Notes under the pieces: generated by a model
What the model saw: the letters and a program-made list of their open reading frames with translations, nothing else
The model's database searches: none
What the model was told of the DNA's origin: nothing
Position numbers and translations under genes: made by a program
Sequence record: DRR723986_4928
Direction: 5' to 3' (one strand)
Length of the DNA stretch: 64,000 nt
Part shown: positions 30,345 through 40,674 of the stretch, in pieces
How the letters are laid out: each line of letters opens with the position of its first letter
How positions within the stretch are numbered: position 1 is the stretch's first letter

Positions 30345-31652
30345 CTAGCCAGCCTTCCTGAGTACCGCAAAGAAGAAGCCGTCCGTTTCCGCCCGGCGCG
30401 GGGTCAGGCGGACTGATCCGGATGGGCCGCGGTAGTTGCGGACCATCGCGGCGCCTTCGTCGGTCAGCAGGCCCGACGCGATCGCCATTTCAGCGGCGTC
30501 TTGCTCGGTGAAGTCCGGATGAGCGGACAGGAACTCCGCCACACGGTCTTCATCTTCTTCCATCAGGAAGCTGCAGGTCGCGTAGACCAGCCGTCCGCCG
30601 GGTTTCACGAAATTACTCGCCTTTGCGAGAATGTCGGTCTGCTCCTGCTGGCGTTTGGCAAGCTGGCCCGGTTTCAGGCGCCACTTGGCGTCCGGCCGGC
30701 GGCGCCAGGTGCCGGTGCCCGTGCAGGGCGCGTCGACGAAGACGAGGTCCATCTGGCCGGTCAGGTCTTCCAGCTGTGTCGACTCCGACGGGTGGACGAG
30801 TTGAACATTGTGGGCGCCCGAACGTTTGAGGCGCGGGATCAGGGCGGAGAGCCGCCGCCCGTCGATATCATAGGCGAAGACCTGCCCCTTCCCCTGCATC
30901 TGAGCGGCCAGCGCGAGCGTCTTGCCACCGCCGCCGGCGCAATAGTCCAGCACCTGTTCGCCGGGCTGAGCGTTGCCTGCCGCCGCCGCGATTTGCGAGC
31001 CGGCATCCTGAACTTCCACCCAGCCTTTCGAATAGGCCGGAATGCTTTCGAGGCTCGCCTCGCGCTGGGACGGATCACGGGCCGGAATATGGTAGGCATT
31101 GTGGAGCAGCTTTGACGGCTCGGCTTTCGCGCTTTTCAGCGGCGCGGCGGCTTTCTCGGCATCCACTTTCAGCGTGTTGACGCGCAAATCCACATCGGCG
31201 CGCACGGCCATGGCCTGCGCTTCGACGGCGGCCTCCTCGCCGAAGACGCGCGCAAGGTGCGGCGCGAGCCATTCGGGATAGTCGCCCTGCACGTGCGGCG
31301 GCGCGGTCGGATCCGGCGCCATGACGAGGCGTTCGCGCTCTTGCAGCGTCAGCTTTGAGGGCGCATGCTCCTCGTCCATCGCCGCGTCGATCTCACGGAT
31401 GTTCCAGCCCCAGGCATGGGCCAGCGCACCTAGGATCAGTCCGCGAGGGCTGTCGTCGCCCATGGCATGCGCGATGGAGTTCCGCTTGCGCAGCGCGTCC
31501 AGCACGAGGCCGGAGACCCAGGCGCGGTCTTTCGCGCCGGCATAGCGGGCCCGCTTGCCCCAGTCCCGCGCGGCGGATTTCACCGGCTGGTGGCGGTTCA
31601 GGACGTCTGAGAGTACGTCGATGGCTGCCGCGATACGTCCGCCGTTGCGCAT
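30345..31652 (-). CDS. rsmB: RsmB/NOP family RNA m5C methyltransferase
   Basis: VQDAGSQ, DYCAGGGGKT, DAPCTGTG, YATCS; usual guaB-guaA context. Confidence 0.85.
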   Translation of the reverse strand: MRNGGRIAAAIDVLSDVLNRHQPVKSAARDWGKRARYAGAKDRAWVSGLVLDALRKRNSIAHAMGDDSPRGLILGALAHAWGWNIREIDAAMDEEHAPSKLTLQERERLVMAPDPTAPPHVQGDYPEWLAPHLARVFGEEAAVEAQAMAVRADVDLRVNTLKVDAEKAAAPLKSAKAEPSKLLHNAYHIPARDPSQREASLESIPAYSKGWVEVQDAGSQIAAAAGNAQPGEQVLDYCAGGGGKTLALAAQMQGKGQVFAYDIDGRRLSALIPRLKRSGAHNVQLVHPSESTQLEDLTGQMDLVFVDAPCTGTGTWRRRPDAKWRLKPGQLAKRQQEQTDILAKASNFVKPGGRLVYATCSFLMEEDEDRVAEFLSAHPDFTEQDAAEMAIASGLLTDEGAAMVRNYRGPSGSVRLTPRRAETDGFFFAVLRKAG

Positions 31653-31725
31653 GATTTTGGTGCTCCTTTTGGGGAGGGCTGTGTTAGCGTCTCAAAAAAC
31701 AGAAAGAAACCGGAAAGGGCGGAAA

Positions 31726-32343
31726 ATGCTGGAGATTAACCTGCCGGAGGGGCTGAGACAGGCCGCCGCCGCAGACTGGCGCCAAATGGGAAGCATCACA
31801 GGCGAAGCCTTTGAGACCGATCCGGTGAACCTCTGGATCTTCGGCCGGACCAAAGCGCTGAAGCCGACATTTTCCCTGCTCGCACAGGCGATCTATCTCA
31901 AATACGGCATCTGCCACCTTGCCGGGGATGGCGGGGCGACGATGTGGATCGAGTCACAGAACCGGCGGGAGCTGGGCCTGCTGCCGACCCTGCGCCTGCT
32001 GCCGACCCTGTTGCTCAAAGGATCGCAAGGGTCTGTTTTCCGGGCCCTCAATGCCGGCAAGGCCATGGACGCGCATCACCCGAAAGAGCCCCACCTTTAC
32101 CTCTTCACTATCGGCACCCGGAAAGCGGCACGCGGCACGGGCCTCGGCAAGTTGATGATGGCGCCGATGAAGGCGGCCGCCGACAAGGCCCGCCTCCCCC
32201 TCTATCTCGAAAACTCGAACCCCATGAACACCGGCTTCTACCGGAGCCATGGCTTCGAGCGGATGAAACTGTTCGAAGTCGGCCCTGGCAGTCCGCCGAT
32301 GGAGGCGATGTGGCGGGAGCCGCATGACGCCCAGCACGTGTAA
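31726..32343 (+). CDS. GNAT family N-acetyltransferase
   Basis: HLYLFTIGT...RGTGLG, YLE.SN..N..FY..HGF. Confidence 0.85.
   Translation: MLEINLPEGLRQAAAADWRQMGSITGEAFETDPVNLWIFGRTKALKPTFSLLAQAIYLKYGICHLAGDGGATMWIESQNRRELGLLPTLRLLPTLLLKGSQGSVFRALNAGKAMDAHHPKEPHLYLFTIGTRKAARGTGLGKLMMAPMKAAADKARLPLYLENSNPMNTGFYRSHGFERMKLFEVGPGSPPMEAMWREPHDAQHV
31977..32010 (+). repeat. 16-bp direct repeat, period 18, in frame within the GNAT gene (LLPTLR-LLPTLL)
   Basis: CCTGCTGCCGACCCTG at 31977 and 31995. Confidence 0.8.
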
Positions 32344-32394
32344 CCGGCGCGGGCCCTGCCCGTCCGGCGAAAAGGTGTTGGATATGGCGTGGGA

Positions 32395-32988
32395 TCAGCT
32401 GCTGTTGTTCCACCGGCTGCAAGCGTCTGCCAGCAGCATAGGCAGCCCGGCCGCCGCCGCGCCGAGTTCAGGTTTTAGACGATGTGTCGGAATGGGCGCG
32501 CAGAGCGGACGCGGCGCCCCTGCCCGGCGGCGGCGTTCCATGACGCGCGCGACGCGCAGGGCATATTTTTCCGGATGGCGCAGGATACGCCCGAGCGCCT
32601 CGAACCGCCGCATGAGGCTGGCGACCGGCACCGGACCGGACGCGGACGATACGCCGTCCGGGAAGCCGGGGTCATCCAGCGCGTAGAGCTGCGTCTGCCC
32701 GCTGAGCGCGATGCTGAAAGGGATCTGCGCTTTCCTGATGACGGGGTCATCTTCTTCCGGGCTCTCCGTCCTATTGCGCGCTCTGACCGGATCCAGCGTC
32801 AGGCTGAGCGTCATCAGCATGATCAGATGGCGGAGGATGATCACCAGCTGCTTAACATGCGCCCGGAACCGCCGCGCCGCGGAATGCGGCACGGTGTCAG
32901 GACTGCGCGTAAGCCCCGCATCATAGGTGGCTTCCACCAGGCTGATACGGACCTGCTGTAGCGTGAAGGTGATGAATTCGGTGCTCAT
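32395..32988 (-). CDS. Hypothetical protein, 197 aa
   Basis: Fills the gap between GNAT and MFS genes with plausible composition; no family recognised. Confidence 0.65.
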   Translation of the reverse strand: MSTEFITFTLQQVRISLVEATYDAGLTRSPDTVPHSAARRFRAHVKQLVIILRHLIMLMTLSLTLDPVRARNRTESPEEDDPVIRKAQIPFSIALSGQTQLYALDDPGFPDGVSSASGPVPVASLMRRFEALGRILRHPEKYALRVARVMERRRRAGAPRPLCAPIPTHRLKPELGAAAAGLPMLLADACSRWNNSS

Positions 32989-33056
32989 GCGCTGAGACTA
33001 TCGCGCAGGCATATCCGGTTGGATTGGATGGTGGATAACTGGCCGGGCGGGCCTCT

Positions 33057-34514
33057 TCATTCGCCTGCCGAGGCGTTCTCCTGCTGGCGGATCGCTTCGA
33101 GATTGGCGTCGTGGTCTGCGCGCCTGAGCTGGTAGAAGTACAGGAAGCAGGCCCCGCCAATATACAGGGCCATCAGGATTGGAATGTACCAGATCGCCAG
33201 TGCGTTGATCACGTCCTGCGATACCTGGCCCGGCTTCGCCTTTTCGGGAAAGCCGACCAAAGAGAGCAGCAGGCCGGCAGCGAAGACGCCGATGCCTGAT
33301 ACACTCTTCTGCATGAAACTGTTGGCGGAATAGAACAAGCCTTCGGCGCGCCGCCCGGTGCGCAGGCTGCTGTCGTCGACAACGTCGCCGATCATCGCAT
33401 GGACGAGAATCGCCGAAGAAACACCGCACAAAGAGTACACCGCGCCGATCGCAAACACCGCCGGCAGGAGGCGCGGATCACCATTCTCAAAGAAGAGCCC
33501 GTTGAGACGCAGGATGAATGGCAGCGCGCCCATTATCACGGCGAGTACGGCCAGCAAGAACGCCGCGTTTCGCTTGCCCATCAAACGGGACGCAAAGGGT
33601 GCAAATGCCAGGGCCAGGGTCGCGGCGACGATGTATTCAAGTGTCAGGATGGCCAACTGGAAATTGGTGAACCCCCAGAAGAATGTGCCGAAATACAGCG
33701 CCAATGCGGAGGTCAGGCCGATCGCCGAATATTTCAGGATGCCGAAGCTGAGGATGGCGAGGAAGTTCCGGTTGGAAAAGGTCCGCGCCATCATCGCGAG
33801 GGTCTGCAACGCGCTTTTCCGCTCATCCCGGTTTGGCTGCAGGCGAAGGTATTTGATCCGGTGATGCGTGCCGACGGTCGATGCCACGACAGAGAAGAAC
33901 ATCAGGCCGCCGCCAAACAGGCCGAAAGCGAGATAGGCATCGGGGTTGAGCTGGCCAACCGGATAGGCCTCTGTCGGCCGCATGAAATAGAACAGTGTAA
34001 TGAAGGATAGGCCGATGCCGCCGAGGTAGCCGAAGAAGTAGCGATAGCTGGCGATGGCGGTACGATCATCATAGCCGGTGGCAAGTTCAGGTGCGAGCGC
34101 CGAACTCGGAATTTCGTAAAGCGTGATGAAGGTGCGCACTGCGGTGGCCAGCACAACGAGATAGACGAAGAGCGCGGCGCCTTCGAGGCCCGGCGGCGGG
34201 AACCAGAGCAGGACGAAGGAAAGCGAGGCCGGGATTGCAGACGCGTACATCAACGGATGCCGCCTGCCCCAGCGCGTGCGCAGCTGGTCGGATATCTGGC
34301 CGACGACCGGATCGGAAATGGCGTCGAAGATCAGGGCGACCATGATGGCCGCCGAGACAAGCGCCGGCGGCGCACCGATAATGTAATTGTAGTACCAGAG
34401 CAGGTACGTCCTGAACGCGATGTCCTTCACGCCATAGGCGACCGATCCGAAGCCGTAGAAAAAACGCGCGGCAAAGCCGAGTTTTGGCGGGGCGACCGGG
34501 CTGGCCGCTGTCAT
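33057..34514 (-). CDS. MFS transporter, GPH/MelB-like glycoside:cation symporter
   Basis: DAISDPVVGQISD..RTRWGRRHP, IP.SAL..EL...YDDRT, DVVD......G.RAEG. Confidence 0.9.
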   Translation of the reverse strand: MTAASPVAPPKLGFAARFFYGFGSVAYGVKDIAFRTYLLWYYNYIIGAPPALVSAAIMVALIFDAISDPVVGQISDQLRTRWGRRHPLMYASAIPASLSFVLLWFPPPGLEGAALFVYLVVLATAVRTFITLYEIPSSALAPELATGYDDRTAIASYRYFFGYLGGIGLSFITLFYFMRPTEAYPVGQLNPDAYLAFGLFGGGLMFFSVVASTVGTHHRIKYLRLQPNRDERKSALQTLAMMARTFSNRNFLAILSFGILKYSAIGLTSALALYFGTFFWGFTNFQLAILTLEYIVAATLALAFAPFASRLMGKRNAAFLLAVLAVIMGALPFILRLNGLFFENGDPRLLPAVFAIGAVYSLCGVSSAILVHAMIGDVVDDSSLRTGRRAEGLFYSANSFMQKSVSGIGVFAAGLLLSLVGFPEKAKPGQVSQDVINALAIWYIPILMALYIGGACFLYFYQLRRADHDANLEAIRQQENASAGE

Positions 34515-34579
34515 TGGTCACCTGCCCGGGTGCGTGCCAGCGTGACGGCATATTCACGGCGCAGCAAAATCGCGTCCAT
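34511..34579 (-). CDS. Candidate 22-aa upstream ORF coupled to the MFS gene
   Basis: GGAGGA RBS, then MDAILLRREYAVTLARTRAGDQ*; its TGA overlaps the MFS ATG (ATGA). Confidence 0.45.
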   Translation of the reverse strand: MDAILLRREYAVTLARTRAGDQ

Positions 34580-34715
34580 TGAGTTTCTGTCCTCCAATTT
34601 TTTGGGGGACTATGGAAAATGCGGGCCCTGAGGTCCAGCATTTCCGGCGCAGGACTTCCTACCCGCCTTTCCGCGAAACCTGCTTGCGAACCGGCGAATA
34701 TATGCCGTTTACCCC

Positions 34716-36296
<1,581 letters not shown>

Positions 36297-36334
36297 TTAG
36301 TTGCAAATGAAAATAATTGCTCTGGGAGGAGCGC

Positions 36335-37504
36335 ATGTTGAGGCTATCGGACTACGGGATGTCCCGTGAGCGGGGGTTTCTTGCGTCTTTTGATCCGGCG
36401 GAGGTGGAATTACCCCCTGCCCTGAAGCCGGCCCGGGACCTGGCCCTGTCCATTCCCCAACTTGTCTGCACCGGCCGCGTGCGGGCCTTGCTGGAACGGT
36501 TGCCGATCATCGACCTCACCGATTTCTGCGCCACCGCCAGCGAGGCCGAGCAGCGGATTGCCATGTTGCACTATTCCTTCATGGTACAGACATATGTCTG
36601 GGGAGAGCCCGAGGCACCTCGTGCCCTGCCCGCTTGCCTCGCCGTACCGATCTGGCAGCTCAGCCAGAGCCTCGGCCAGCCGCCACTGCTGCCTTACTCA
36701 TCCTATACGCTGGAGAACTGGGCTCTGATTGATGAAGGCGGCCCGATCGATCTTTCCAATGTTCGCGTCCTCCAGCACTTTGACGGAGGAATGGACGAAG
36801 CCTGGTTCATTCTCGTCCATGTCGCCATCGAAGCACGGGCTGGTGAATTGCTGGACGAAGGGTTGAAGCTGATCGCGGCAACCGAAACCGGTGATGTTCC
36901 GGAAGCTGCACGCTGCCTGTCGGTCATGTCGGGCGTGTGGGATGATGTGAACGCCATCTTCGACCGGATGCCGGAGCGGTGCGATCCCTATTGCTATTTC
37001 CACCGCGTCCGTCCGTGGATCCATGGCTGGAAGGACAATCCGGCTCTGGGCGATGGCTTGATTTATGAAGGTGTCGGGGAAACCGGAGGCAGGCCGCAGG
37101 CCTTCCGTGGACAGACGGGGTCACAGTCTTCGATCGTCCCCGCCATGGATGCGCTATTCAGCGTCGGCCATGCGGCAGACCCGCTACGGAGCTTCCTGGA
37201 TGAGCTTCACGCTTACCGCCCGCCTGCGCACCGGCGCCTGATAGAGGATATTCGTGCGTCGAGCCGAGTCCGCATCTTTGTCGAACAGTCTGGCGATGCA
37301 GACTTGAAACGCCTCTACAATGAGAACGTCTCGAAGCTGGCGCGTTTCCGGACGCGGCATCTTGAATATGCGGCAAGTTACATCAACAAGCAGGCGAGCC
37401 AGAGTGCGGGCAATGACCCGGATGTCGGCACCGGCGGAACACCCTTCATGAAATATCTGAAGAAGCACCGCGACGAGGCCGAAGCGCATCTGTTGCCCGT
37501 CTAG
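36335..37504 (+). CDS. Indoleamine 2,3-dioxygenase family heme enzyme
   Basis: FILVHVAIE, YFHRVRPWIHGW, GQTGSQSS, FRTRH (proximal His)...YI, GTGGT; GGAGG RBS. Confidence 0.85.
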   Translation: MLRLSDYGMSRERGFLASFDPAEVELPPALKPARDLALSIPQLVCTGRVRALLERLPIIDLTDFCATASEAEQRIAMLHYSFMVQTYVWGEPEAPRALPACLAVPIWQLSQSLGQPPLLPYSSYTLENWALIDEGGPIDLSNVRVLQHFDGGMDEAWFILVHVAIEARAGELLDEGLKLIAATETGDVPEAARCLSVMSGVWDDVNAIFDRMPERCDPYCYFHRVRPWIHGWKDNPALGDGLIYEGVGETGGRPQAFRGQTGSQSSIVPAMDALFSVGHAADPLRSFLDELHAYRPPAHRRLIEDIRASSRVRIFVEQSGDADLKRLYNENVSKLARFRTRHLEYAASYINKQASQSAGNDPDVGTGGTPFMKYLKKHRDEAEAHLLPV

Positions 37505-37507
37505 ACA

Positions 37508-37930
37508 TCAGTCGGCACAGATCGACATGCCGGCTTTGCCGTTCTCAACGGAGGTATAGCAGCCGAAGGGCGCGTCATTGGCCTGGCAAACGCCCTGCGC
37601 CGGCGTGCCAGGTGAAACCGATCCAGGATCGCCTGCCAAACGGCATTCCCCGAGACAGTCTTCGCTGCCGGTGCATGCCTTGCCGGCGTCGGCGAAATTC
37701 TGAACGCAGTGCTGCCAGCCTAGTCGGCCGGCTTTCTGGACGACGCCTCCTGCCGATTCACATCGCGCGCGTTCTGCAGGCGTCGCAAACTGAGACGCGA
37801 ACTGGATGCGCTCATAAGGCGGCAGAGAGCTTCCAAAGTCCGGATTGGCGGCGTGATAGTCCCTGAGCGCACTGCAAGCGGCGACCGTTGCGATCGCCGC
37901 CCCGATCAAGATCAGCCTCTCAGGCTTCAT
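37508..37930 (-). CDS. Cys-rich predicted lipoprotein
   Basis: Lipobox VAAC plus 8 further Cys; ATGA overlap with the GFA gene. Confidence 0.75.
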   Translation of the reverse strand: MKPERLILIGAAIATVAACSALRDYHAANPDFGSSLPPYERIQFASQFATPAERARCESAGGVVQKAGRLGWQHCVQNFADAGKACTGSEDCLGECRLAGDPGSVSPGTPAQGVCQANDAPFGCYTSVENGKAGMSICAD

Positions 37931-38334
37931 CCCGGGAATCTTTCAAACGAGGGAATGCCTTCCGGAATGTGGTGGAAACTCGGTGCATCGGCTGTCTGCA
38001 TGACGACCTGCGGCTGTCCGAAGAGGCTTGTATCATCCAGCGATCCGACTTTCAGGATAACGGCATCAGGCAGTGCCGGAGACCGTGTCAGAATTTGCGT
38101 CCCACAGGTACCGCAGAATTCGCGCGTGACCGCATGGTCGAGGTCGCTTCGCTTGAACTTCTTTGGCTCACCCTTGGTGTAACGGAAACCGGCAGTGGGC
38201 ATTGCCATGAAGTCATTGGCCTGACCGCCTGTAAGGTACTGGCATTCGCGGCAATGGCATTCGCCTTTCATCACCGGTTCCCCGTCCGCCTCATACCGGA
38301 TTTCGCCGCAATAGCAGCCGCCTGTCGTGGTCAT
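37927..38334 (-). CDS. GFA/CENP-V family Zn protein
   Basis: GGCYCG, CHCRECQ, REFCGTCG; GGAGG RBS. Confidence 0.9.
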   Translation of the reverse strand: MTTTGGCYCGEIRYEADGEPVMKGECHCRECQYLTGGQANDFMAMPTAGFRYTKGEPKKFKRSDLDHAVTREFCGTCGTQILTRSPALPDAVILKVGSLDDTSLFGQPQVVMQTADAPSFHHIPEGIPSFERFPG

Positions 38335-38476
38335 GATTATTCCTCCCAATGTGTCGCCATCATTGTGAAACGTCAGCATCGACGGTGCAAGCGACAGTTA
38401 ATTGGAACCAAACACAGCCTTTGCGCATAGGTTCAGTGGAGGGAGTTGTAGCGAAAGAACGGGAAAACCTGCCAGC

Positions 38477-38773
38477 ATGCCCGCCGCCAGCTCATTCAGC
38501 CGACAGATTACCGGATTGTCCGATATCTCCGTGGATGACTCGATTGCCAGGACGCTTGCAGTCGCGCGCGATGGATACGGTGAACCTGACTGGTTCGATG
38601 TCGTGACGGCACGTGGCTTCATCTCGAACGGCCGGGTGACCCATTACCAGGTAACGCTGAATCTGGGCTACGAAGCGGTTAATCAGGGCGCCGCTGACGA
38701 TTTCTACTTCCAGCGTGCGTGTGGCAGCGCCCGGGACATGACCGGCTATCACACGATGGAAGCGCGCCTCTGA
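38477..38773 (+). CDS. Dodecin-like flavin-binding protein with C-terminal extension
   Basis: G.S..SVDDSI, DWFDV...RG.I..G.V.HYQVTL.LGY. Confidence 0.72.
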   Translation: MPAASSFSRQITGLSDISVDDSIARTLAVARDGYGEPDWFDVVTARGFISNGRVTHYQVTLNLGYEAVNQGAADDFYFQRACGSARDMTGYHTMEARL

Positions 38774-38985
38774 TTTCTTTTGATAGTTGTAATTCAACGA
38801 CTTTATGAATTGTACCACATCTGGAAGCCGCAGGATGGCACCGCCCTGATGTCAGAACCGACCTCGATCACCCAAATTCGCTTTCTGCAGTATTTATTGT
38901 AATTCCGGCGCTCTTAACAAACATCTGGTCCATAAATTGCCAGTCACCAGGCAGTACATGTGCAATCCAGATTCAGGTTGAAAAC

Positions 38986-39948
38986 GTGCGCGGCTTGGGA
39001 CGACTGAAACTCACTTCTATCGGGCTGATGGATTACATCAGCGCGTCGAAATTGAGTGATACCTTACTCATCAATGGTTTCTGGCGCAGCGGGACGACCT
39101 GGCTGCAGCAAACGTTCGTCGACGCGATGGATGCGAAGTCGCTCTTCGAGCCCTTTTCTCCTTCCGCTGGCCACAGATGGGGACAGCTAAGTACACGAGC
39201 GAATACGGCAAGCCAGAACGTGTATGTGCCCTTGTCCGCAAACTGCCTGACGGCCCGCGACCGGATCAAACTCCACCTCGCGTTCAAAGGTGTCGGGACG
39301 CACGGGTATACGCATTTCCTTCGAAAGGAAGACTCCCGGACCTGGTCCAGGAACCTGGTCGTCAAATCCACCCGGCTTGGATTCATTCTCGATGAAATTT
39401 CCGACCAGTATCAGGTTCCCGTAGTTCACATCCGAAGAAATCCGGCCGCCATCTTTGCCAGCTTCAAGGACACAGATTGGGCTTGGCGTTTTCAGGATTT
39501 CAGGCTGAGCCAGAACTACAGCATTGAGGATTTCACCAAGGGTACCCGGGAATACGACCGCGCTGACATCCTGCTCCGCTATGACAAGACACCGGTCGAA
39601 CGCCTGGCTGCCTTGTGGAGTTTAAGCGAACGGTCAGCACAAAAAAGCTTCGTTACGGGCCGGGCGCATCTGGTGCGATATGAAGACGTTGTCGCGCAGG
39701 GCCCAAGCATCCTGAACAAACTGAATATCGCGTCCGTGAACTTCGCCTCCAATGACGCGGCTAGCCCAGTGACGACCCCTGGACGAGAAAAACTGACGCC
39801 CTTTGAGCGTCAGAACGATTGGCAGACGCGACTGTCCCGGCCCGAGATCGAGTGCATCCGGTCAATTGCAAATGACCTCTTTCCAGAAAACGGATACTTT
39901 CAGACGGACAATTCTCCGTTCGGCGAAGGTGTCGTGGATATCAGGTAA
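38986..39948 (+). CDS. PAPS-dependent sulfotransferase (start may be ATG 39028)
   Basis: 5'-PSB RSGTTW, 3'-PB R.P.AI.AS, VRYED. Confidence 0.8.
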   Translation: MRGLGRLKLTSIGLMDYISASKLSDTLLINGFWRSGTTWLQQTFVDAMDAKSLFEPFSPSAGHRWGQLSTRANTASQNVYVPLSANCLTARDRIKLHLAFKGVGTHGYTHFLRKEDSRTWSRNLVVKSTRLGFILDEISDQYQVPVVHIRRNPAAIFASFKDTDWAWRFQDFRLSQNYSIEDFTKGTREYDRADILLRYDKTPVERLAALWSLSERSAQKSFVTGRAHLVRYEDVVAQGPSILNKLNIASVNFASNDAASPVTTPGREKLTPFERQNDWQTRLSRPEIECIRSIANDLFPENGYFQTDNSPFGEGVVDIR

Positions 39949-39969
39949 GCGCGCTCCGTTCGAAGCGGT

Positions 39970-40674
39970 CTATCCTTTGAACCCCTTCGCCACGACAAAG
40001 ATTTCCGGACTCCCTGCCCGGCTTGCGGGTGGTTTGATGTGCTTCACGTTTGTGAAGTTCACTTTCAGAAGATCCAGCACTTCCTTCGTTGCACCACCCT
40101 GGAAAACCTTTGAACAGAAGCTGCCGCCCGGTGCGAGATGCTCCACGGCGAAGGCTGCTGCCATTTCCACAAGTGCGACCGTGCGCAGATGGTCGGTTTG
40201 CTTGTGACCGGTTGTGTTCGCCGCCATGTCTGACAGGACCAGATCCGGCGCACCGGTCAGTCCCTTGAGTAGCTCAGCCACATCATCGGGATTGTTGATG
40301 TCACCCTGCACGATGTGGACGCCTGCCAACGGTTCGACCGGCAAGAGGTCGATCCCAGCGATCTCGCTGGCGCCCTTGATCTGGGCGACCTGCAGCCAGC
40401 CTCCTGGCGCACAGCCGAGGTCGACCACGCGCTGGCCGCGGCGGAAAAGGTTCAGCTTTTCATCGATTTCCAGCAGCTTGTAAGCGGCCCGCGCCCGGTA
40501 GCCTTCTGACTTGGCTTTCTGGACATAGGGGTCCTGCAGCTGGCGTTCGATCCAGCGTTTGGAACTTTCGTTCTTTGCCCGGTGCGCGATGATTTTGCGT
40601 TCGCCCATCCGCCGCCCGGATGTGCCGCGCTTTTCCGAAGGGCCTTTCCAGCGGCGTTTTTCGTCATCCGTCAT
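39970..40674 (-). CDS. rlmE: 23S rRNA Um2552 methyltransferase
   Basis: YRARAAYKL, DLGCAPGGW, LSDMA, KP.ASR..S.E. Confidence 0.95.
   Translation of the reverse strand: MTDDEKRRWKGPSEKRGTSGRRMGERKIIAHRAKNESSKRWIERQLQDPYVQKAKSEGYRARAAYKLLEIDEKLNLFRRGQRVVDLGCAPGGWLQVAQIKGASEIAGIDLLPVEPLAGVHIVQGDINNPDDVAELLKGLTGAPDLVLSDMAANTTGHKQTDHLRTVALVEMAAAFAVEHLAPGGSFCSKVFQGGATKEVLDLLKVNFTNVKHIKPPASRAGSPEIFVVAKGFKG

Noticed and set aside
38404..38433. GGAAC...GTT upstream of the dodecin gene as an EcfG/sigmaT promoter
   Set aside because: The 22-nt spacing is too long for the consensus
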